Origin: an uncultured Pseudomonadota bacterium
GTDB taxonomy: Bacteria; Bacillota; Sulfobacillia; JAUYEF01
Direction of reading: 5' to 3'
DNA: 64,000 nt
Assembly: GCA_964417635.1 (NCBI GenBank)
Contig: CAYQIY010000005.1
Span: 80,681 to 144,680, forward strand
In this document: one piece after another, positions 60,134-64,000 of the stretch
How positions within the stretch are numbered: position 1 is the first letter of the stretch
How the letters are laid out: each line of letters opens with the position of its first letter
Notes under the pieces: model-generated
Database searches by the model: none
Seen by the model: only the letters and a program-made list of their open reading frames with translations
Told to the model about the DNA's origin: nothing
Program-made: the position numbers and the translations under genes

Positions 60134-62755
60134 ATGCGCAAAAAAAGGAGCAAATGGAAAGCATTGTCGTTGGTTTTGCTAATGGCTTGCTGCGTCGCGT
60201 TCGTGGGCATTCGACATGCGCATGCTGACACTGAAGGATATTTCACCTATTCTGTGACTGAAAATGAATCTCTGATAACAGTATACAGTTCCGACGGACC
60301 CAAAGACGTTGTGATTCCGGAGGAGTTAGGCGGCTATCCTGTTACAGGCATTGGTTCTCAAGCATTCTTGAACCAGGCGATAACCTCTCTAGTCATCCCA
60401 AGCAGCGTGACAAGCATTGGCAACGGTGCGTTTCAAGGCAACCATCTGACGTCGTTAACCATTCCGAGTAACGTTACCCATATCGGAGTCAATGCGTTCT
60501 CGTATAATAAGCTGACTTCACTAACTATACCTAACAGCATAACGGCTATCCCTGATAACGCGTTTCAGTTTAACGAGCTGACCTCGGTCACCATTCCGGA
60601 TAGCGTGACCAGTATTGGGTTATATGCCTTTTACCAGAACAAGTTGTCCTCGGCAACTATCCCGAACAGCGTGACGAGTATCGGGGGCTCTGCGTTTTAT
60701 GGCAACAGACTGACTTCGATCAACATCCCAAACAGCGTTGCAAGTATAGGGGACTCCGCATTCGGGAATAACCAGCTGACGTTACTTCACATACCCCAGA
60801 GCGTGACAAGTATGGGCTTCAATGCGTTCGCGCATAATCTGCTAGAATCGGTGACCATCCCAAACAGTTTGACGAGAATTGACCAGGGTGTGTTCTCCAA
60901 TAACCGACTGACGTCGGTGGTCATCCCCGATAGCGTAACGATCATTCATGCTTGGGCTTTCGACACAAACTATCTGACCTCGCTGACAATCCCTGATAGT
61001 GTTACCGCCATCGGGGTGTCGGCGTTTGCCAATAACCAACTGACGTCAGTAGATATTCCCGGTAGCTTGACCGTTCTTGCGGATGGAATCTTTGCCTACA
61101 ACCAGCTTGCCTCAGTCGTGATTCCTGACGGGGTGACAAGTATAGGCAATGACTGGTCACCGAGCTATGGAGCATTTACGGGTAATCAGCTTACTTCGGT
61201 AAGCATTCCGGATAGTGTAACTCACATTGCGGCCCGCGCATTTAACAATAATAGACTCACCTCAGTGACTATTCCTAACAGCGTGACGAGCATCGGAGTG
61301 TATGCATTTGCTGGCAACCAACTTTCTTCGGTGAGTATCCCAGAGCAGGTAGCGGTGATTCAGCAGGGCGCGTTTTCCGATAACCAACTGACCTTGGTGA
61401 ACCTGCCCGCTGGACTAACCCGTATTGACGACTATGCATTTGCACAGAACATGCTCACTTCGGCAACAATCCCTGATAGCGTGGTATCTATCGGTCAGTA
61501 CGCGCTCGCGAACAATGAGCTCGCCTCTTTGTCCATCGGCAACAGCGTTACTACTATTGGGCGAAGCGCATTTGAGAACAACCAGCTGACTTCTGTAGAC
61601 ATACCCAGCGGCATAAGTGTCATTCAGCCAAACGTGTTCGCCAGAAACCAGCTTACCTCGGTGGCAATTCCCGCTGGCGTCACACTTATCTGGAACGGAG
61701 CATTCCATAGCAACCAGCTAACATTTGTGGATATTCCAGACAGCGTAACAGCTATTCTGTGGGACGCATTCGCCAACAACCTGCTCACTTCGGTACACCT
61801 ACCGGATAGTATAACGAGCCTTCGAGAACGAGCATTTGCGAACAACCAGTTGACCTCGGTGATTATACCGGCTCATGTCACGACTATCTGGGACGGAGTG
61901 TTCCAGAATAACTACCTGACCTCAGTAGATATCCCGGACGGTGTAACAACCATTGATACTAATGCTTTCAGGAGTAACCAACTCACATCGGTAACCATTC
62001 CTGCTTCTGTTACGAGCATAGGTAGCCAGGCGTTCAGCGATAACCAACCGAATCCGGCCGACCTAACAATATACGGGGTGGTCGGCTCAGTCGCTCAGAC
62101 TCATGCTGATGTGAAGGGATATACTTTTGCAGAGATCCAGAGATACGCGGTCAGTCTGAGCGTGAGTCCTGAGGACGCAGGCGTGGTAACAGGCCAGGGT
62201 ACCTATGACAGGGGTGCCAGCGTGAGAGTAGAGGCCGAGCCCAACTTCGGTTATGTGTTCGTCAACTGGACGGAAGATGGAGACGCCGTAAGCCTGGATG
62301 CCCACTATGCGTTTACGGCTGAAGCCGACAGAGACTTGACGGCGAACTTCATGCTGAGGGAGTATCTAATTCACGCCGACTCTACTTCAGGTGGCAGCGT
62401 ATTGGGGGCAGGAGTTTACGAACACGGGGCTACCGTAACACTGGTGGCCGTACCGGAGCAGGATTGCTTGTTTGTGCGCTGGACAGAATCTGGGGTTCCG
62501 GTTAGCAGCGAGCCAACCTACGTTTTTACGGCAACTGAGGATCGTGTGCTGAATGCCGAATTTGAACCGGTGCAGATCGCATTGCCCGGAGATGTCAACC
62601 ATGACGGCGTTGTTGATATCCAAGACCTTGCACTGGTAGCCATGTATTACAGGTTGTCTGTTGCCGCAAACGACCCTGAGTGCATCTACGACCTAAACGG
62701 CGACGGTGTGATAGATATCTACGATCTCGTCATAGTGGCAAGAAACTGGACATAA
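60134..62755 (+). CDS. Secreted BspA-type leucine-rich repeat protein with two InlB-B-like repeats and C-terminal dockerin
   Basis: Signal peptide AHA; N.LTS..IP.SVT.IG..AF repeats; G.G.Y..G..V...A.P...Y.F..W repeats; GDVNHDGVVDIQDL...DLNGDGVIDIYDL. Confidence 0.9.
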   Translation: MRKKRSKWKALSLVLLMACCVAFVGIRHAHADTEGYFTYSVTENESLITVYSSDGPKDVVIPEELGGYPVTGIGSQAFLNQAITSLVIPSSVTSIGNGAFQGNHLTSLTIPSNVTHIGVNAFSYNKLTSLTIPNSITAIPDNAFQFNELTSVTIPDSVTSIGLYAFYQNKLSSATIPNSVTSIGGSAFYGNRLTSINIPNSVASIGDSAFGNNQLTLLHIPQSVTSMGFNAFAHNLLESVTIPNSLTRIDQGVFSNNRLTSVVIPDSVTIIHAWAFDTNYLTSLTIPDSVTAIGVSAFANNQLTSVDIPGSLTVLADGIFAYNQLASVVIPDGVTSIGNDWSPSYGAFTGNQLTSVSIPDSVTHIAARAFNNNRLTSVTIPNSVTSIGVYAFAGNQLSSVSIPEQVAVIQQGAFSDNQLTLVNLPAGLTRIDDYAFAQNMLTSATIPDSVVSIGQYALANNELASLSIGNSVTTIGRSAFENNQLTSVDIPSGISVIQPNVFARNQLTSVAIPAGVTLIWNGAFHSNQLTFVDIPDSVTAILWDAFANNLLTSVHLPDSITSLRERAFANNQLTSVIIPAHVTTIWDGVFQNNYLTSVDIPDGVTTIDTNAFRSNQLTSVTIPASVTSIGSQAFSDNQPNPADLTIYGVVGSVAQTHADVKGYTFAEIQRYAVSLSVSPEDAGVVTGQGTYDRGASVRVEAEPNFGYVFVNWTEDGDAVSLDAHYAFTAEADRDLTANFMLREYLIHADSTSGGSVLGAGVYEHGATVTLVAVPEQDCLFVRWTESGVPVSSEPTYVFTATEDRVLNAEFEPVQIALPGDVNHDGVVDIQDLALVAMYYRLSVAANDPECIYDLNGDGVIDIYDLVIVARNWT
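60371..62038 (+). repeat. 25 tandem 22-aa BspA-type LRR coding repeats
   Basis: Counted from the translation; 66-nt period; repeat 12 carries a 6-aa insertion. Confidence 0.9.
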
Positions 62756-62796
62756 GACTGCAGTTATCTCCTAGAGCCGCGTCGGGATGCAAGCAT

Positions 62797-62831
62797 GAGC
62801 CCCGCGAACTCGTTTCTCGCGGGGCTTTATT
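62797..62831. terminator. Terminator between convergent genes
   Basis: GAGCCCCGCGA-N9-TCGCGGGGCTT followed by TATT. Confidence 0.7.
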
Positions 62832-62849
62832 GGTTCACGTGTGTATTTG

Positions 62850-63935
62850 CTAGTCTCGCACCACGAGATGCTTCGTGTACGAATGAAGCGCTTCGTGGCC
62901 GTGCTCTGTGATTAGCACACTGTCTTCAATGCGTACTCCACCCCAGCCAGGGATGTATATGCCTGGCTCGATGGTGACCACCATTCCGGGCAGAAGCGGC
63001 CTGTCCGAGCCAGGAGCGACCGCAGGTGGACCCCACACACCGTGCCCGACTCCATGGTTGTAGTAGCGACCGTAGCCAGCATTTTCTATGACACGAACCG
63101 ACACGTCGTGAACATGGCTGGCGATTGCGCCTGGTTTGCATGCTTGGAGGGTCTGAAGTTGTGCATCGTATACGGTATCGTACACCTTCTGCATTTCGGC
63201 GCTCACGGCACCGAACGCAATAGTCCTTGTGGCATCTGACGGGTACCCGTGATACATCGGTCCCATGTCGATCGTAAGGAACTCGCCTGGGGCCACTGTG
63301 CGCGAACTTGCAGCGCCATGCGGCAGAGCAGATCTCGGTCCTGACACCACGATTGACGGGAACCAAAACCCATCGGCTCCGAGCCGTCTTGCTTCAAACT
63401 CGAGAAGGTTTTCCATCTCAAGTTCGCTCATCCCCGTTTTGAGATTCGGGATTACCCGTTCGGCCATCTGATCGTATATGACACACGCCTTCCGGATATT
63501 GGCGATTTCCCACTCCTCTTTTACCGCCCGCATCTCTGTGACCATGTCTTGGCTCTCTACAAGACTGACTTGGTCGGGAAGTGAAGCGCGCAAAGTGTCA
63601 TACGAGTGCTTGCTCATCGAAAGAGGTTCATATCCGACCCTTGCAACAGACGAAACGTATTTCGCTATGACCTGCTCTGGTCGCTTATGCTGCGAGAGAA
63701 CCACTTCGCAGCCGAAGGACTCCTCAACTGCCTGCTGGTACTCTGTGGGTCTTGCGACGAGTATCGCTTGTTGCATGCTCACAAGCAGAATAGAGTGAAT
63801 GCCCCAGCGAAAAGAGGTCAGATAGCGTACGTTATCTGGGTTCGTCACGACGATAGCGTCCAGAGATTGTGCTTCGCACAACGCTCTTACTCGGTTGATG
63901 CGCTCGGTAAACACTTCAGGTGGTGCGCAAGTCAA
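62850..63935 (-). CDS. Xaa-Pro peptidase family protein (M24B) with creatinase-like N-domain
   Basis: NVRYLTSF; RAVK...EI; SALPHG; IDMG...SDATRT; HGVGHG; TIEPGIY; GVRIED; TTG after AGGAGG. Confidence 0.9.
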   Translation of the reverse strand: MTCAPPEVFTERINRVRALCEAQSLDAIVVTNPDNVRYLTSFRWGIHSILLVSMQQAILVARPTEYQQAVEESFGCEVVLSQHKRPEQVIAKYVSSVARVGYEPLSMSKHSYDTLRASLPDQVSLVESQDMVTEMRAVKEEWEIANIRKACVIYDQMAERVIPNLKTGMSELEMENLLEFEARRLGADGFWFPSIVVSGPRSALPHGAASSRTVAPGEFLTIDMGPMYHGYPSDATRTIAFGAVSAEMQKVYDTVYDAQLQTLQACKPGAIASHVHDVSVRVIENAGYGRYYNHGVGHGVWGPPAVAPGSDRPLLPGMVVTIEPGIYIPGWGGVRIEDSVLITEHGHEALHSYTKHLVVRD

Positions 63936-64000
63936 AGTTTGGCCTCCTTATGTAAGCATCTCAGAGATGCTTCGTTCGTTCAGGTTTTCGAGCACCGCGA

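Noticed and set aside
60371-62038. Periodic DNA as a CRISPR array or diversity-generating retroelement target
   Set aside because: The 66-nt period is degenerate in-frame coding repeat; no identical repeats with spacers, cas genes, reverse transcriptase or template copy seen.

Overview
A 64 kb stretch of densely coding chromosome from an anaerobic, probably Bacillota-type bacterium (inferred from AGGAGG ribosome-binding sites, sigma-H-like promoters, an ECF S component and dockerin domains). I saw no rRNA, tRNA, CRISPR array, transposase, integrase or phage gene. Energy metabolism: a complete N-type (Na+) ATPase operon atpDCQRBEFAG behind a K+ channel gene, a HydC/HydB/GltD-NuoG fusion trio resembling the Sporomusa-type electron-bifurcating transhydrogenase Stn, resB-ccsA-nrfA with no nrfH, and a two-subunit 2-oxoacid:ferredoxin oxidoreductase. 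Many peptide/amide hydrolases are present (M28, S9, M81, M24, YgjP-like, CPBP, GGT, D-aminoacylase), along with several transporters and four large secreted modular proteins, two of which end in dockerins. The best candidates for something undescribed are: (1) a four-gene, apparently 2+2 pseudo-symmetric membrane-protein operon of unknown function (10079-12942); (2) an ArsC/Spx-family selenoprotein with a UxxC motif and SECIS-like hairpin that the ORF track misses (23504-23860); (3) non-cellulosomal dockerin proteins; (4) a structured ~170 nt intergenic RNA candidate (7841-8008); (5) a proX'-'proV deletion scar. All family calls come from recognising motifs by eye; no database search was run.
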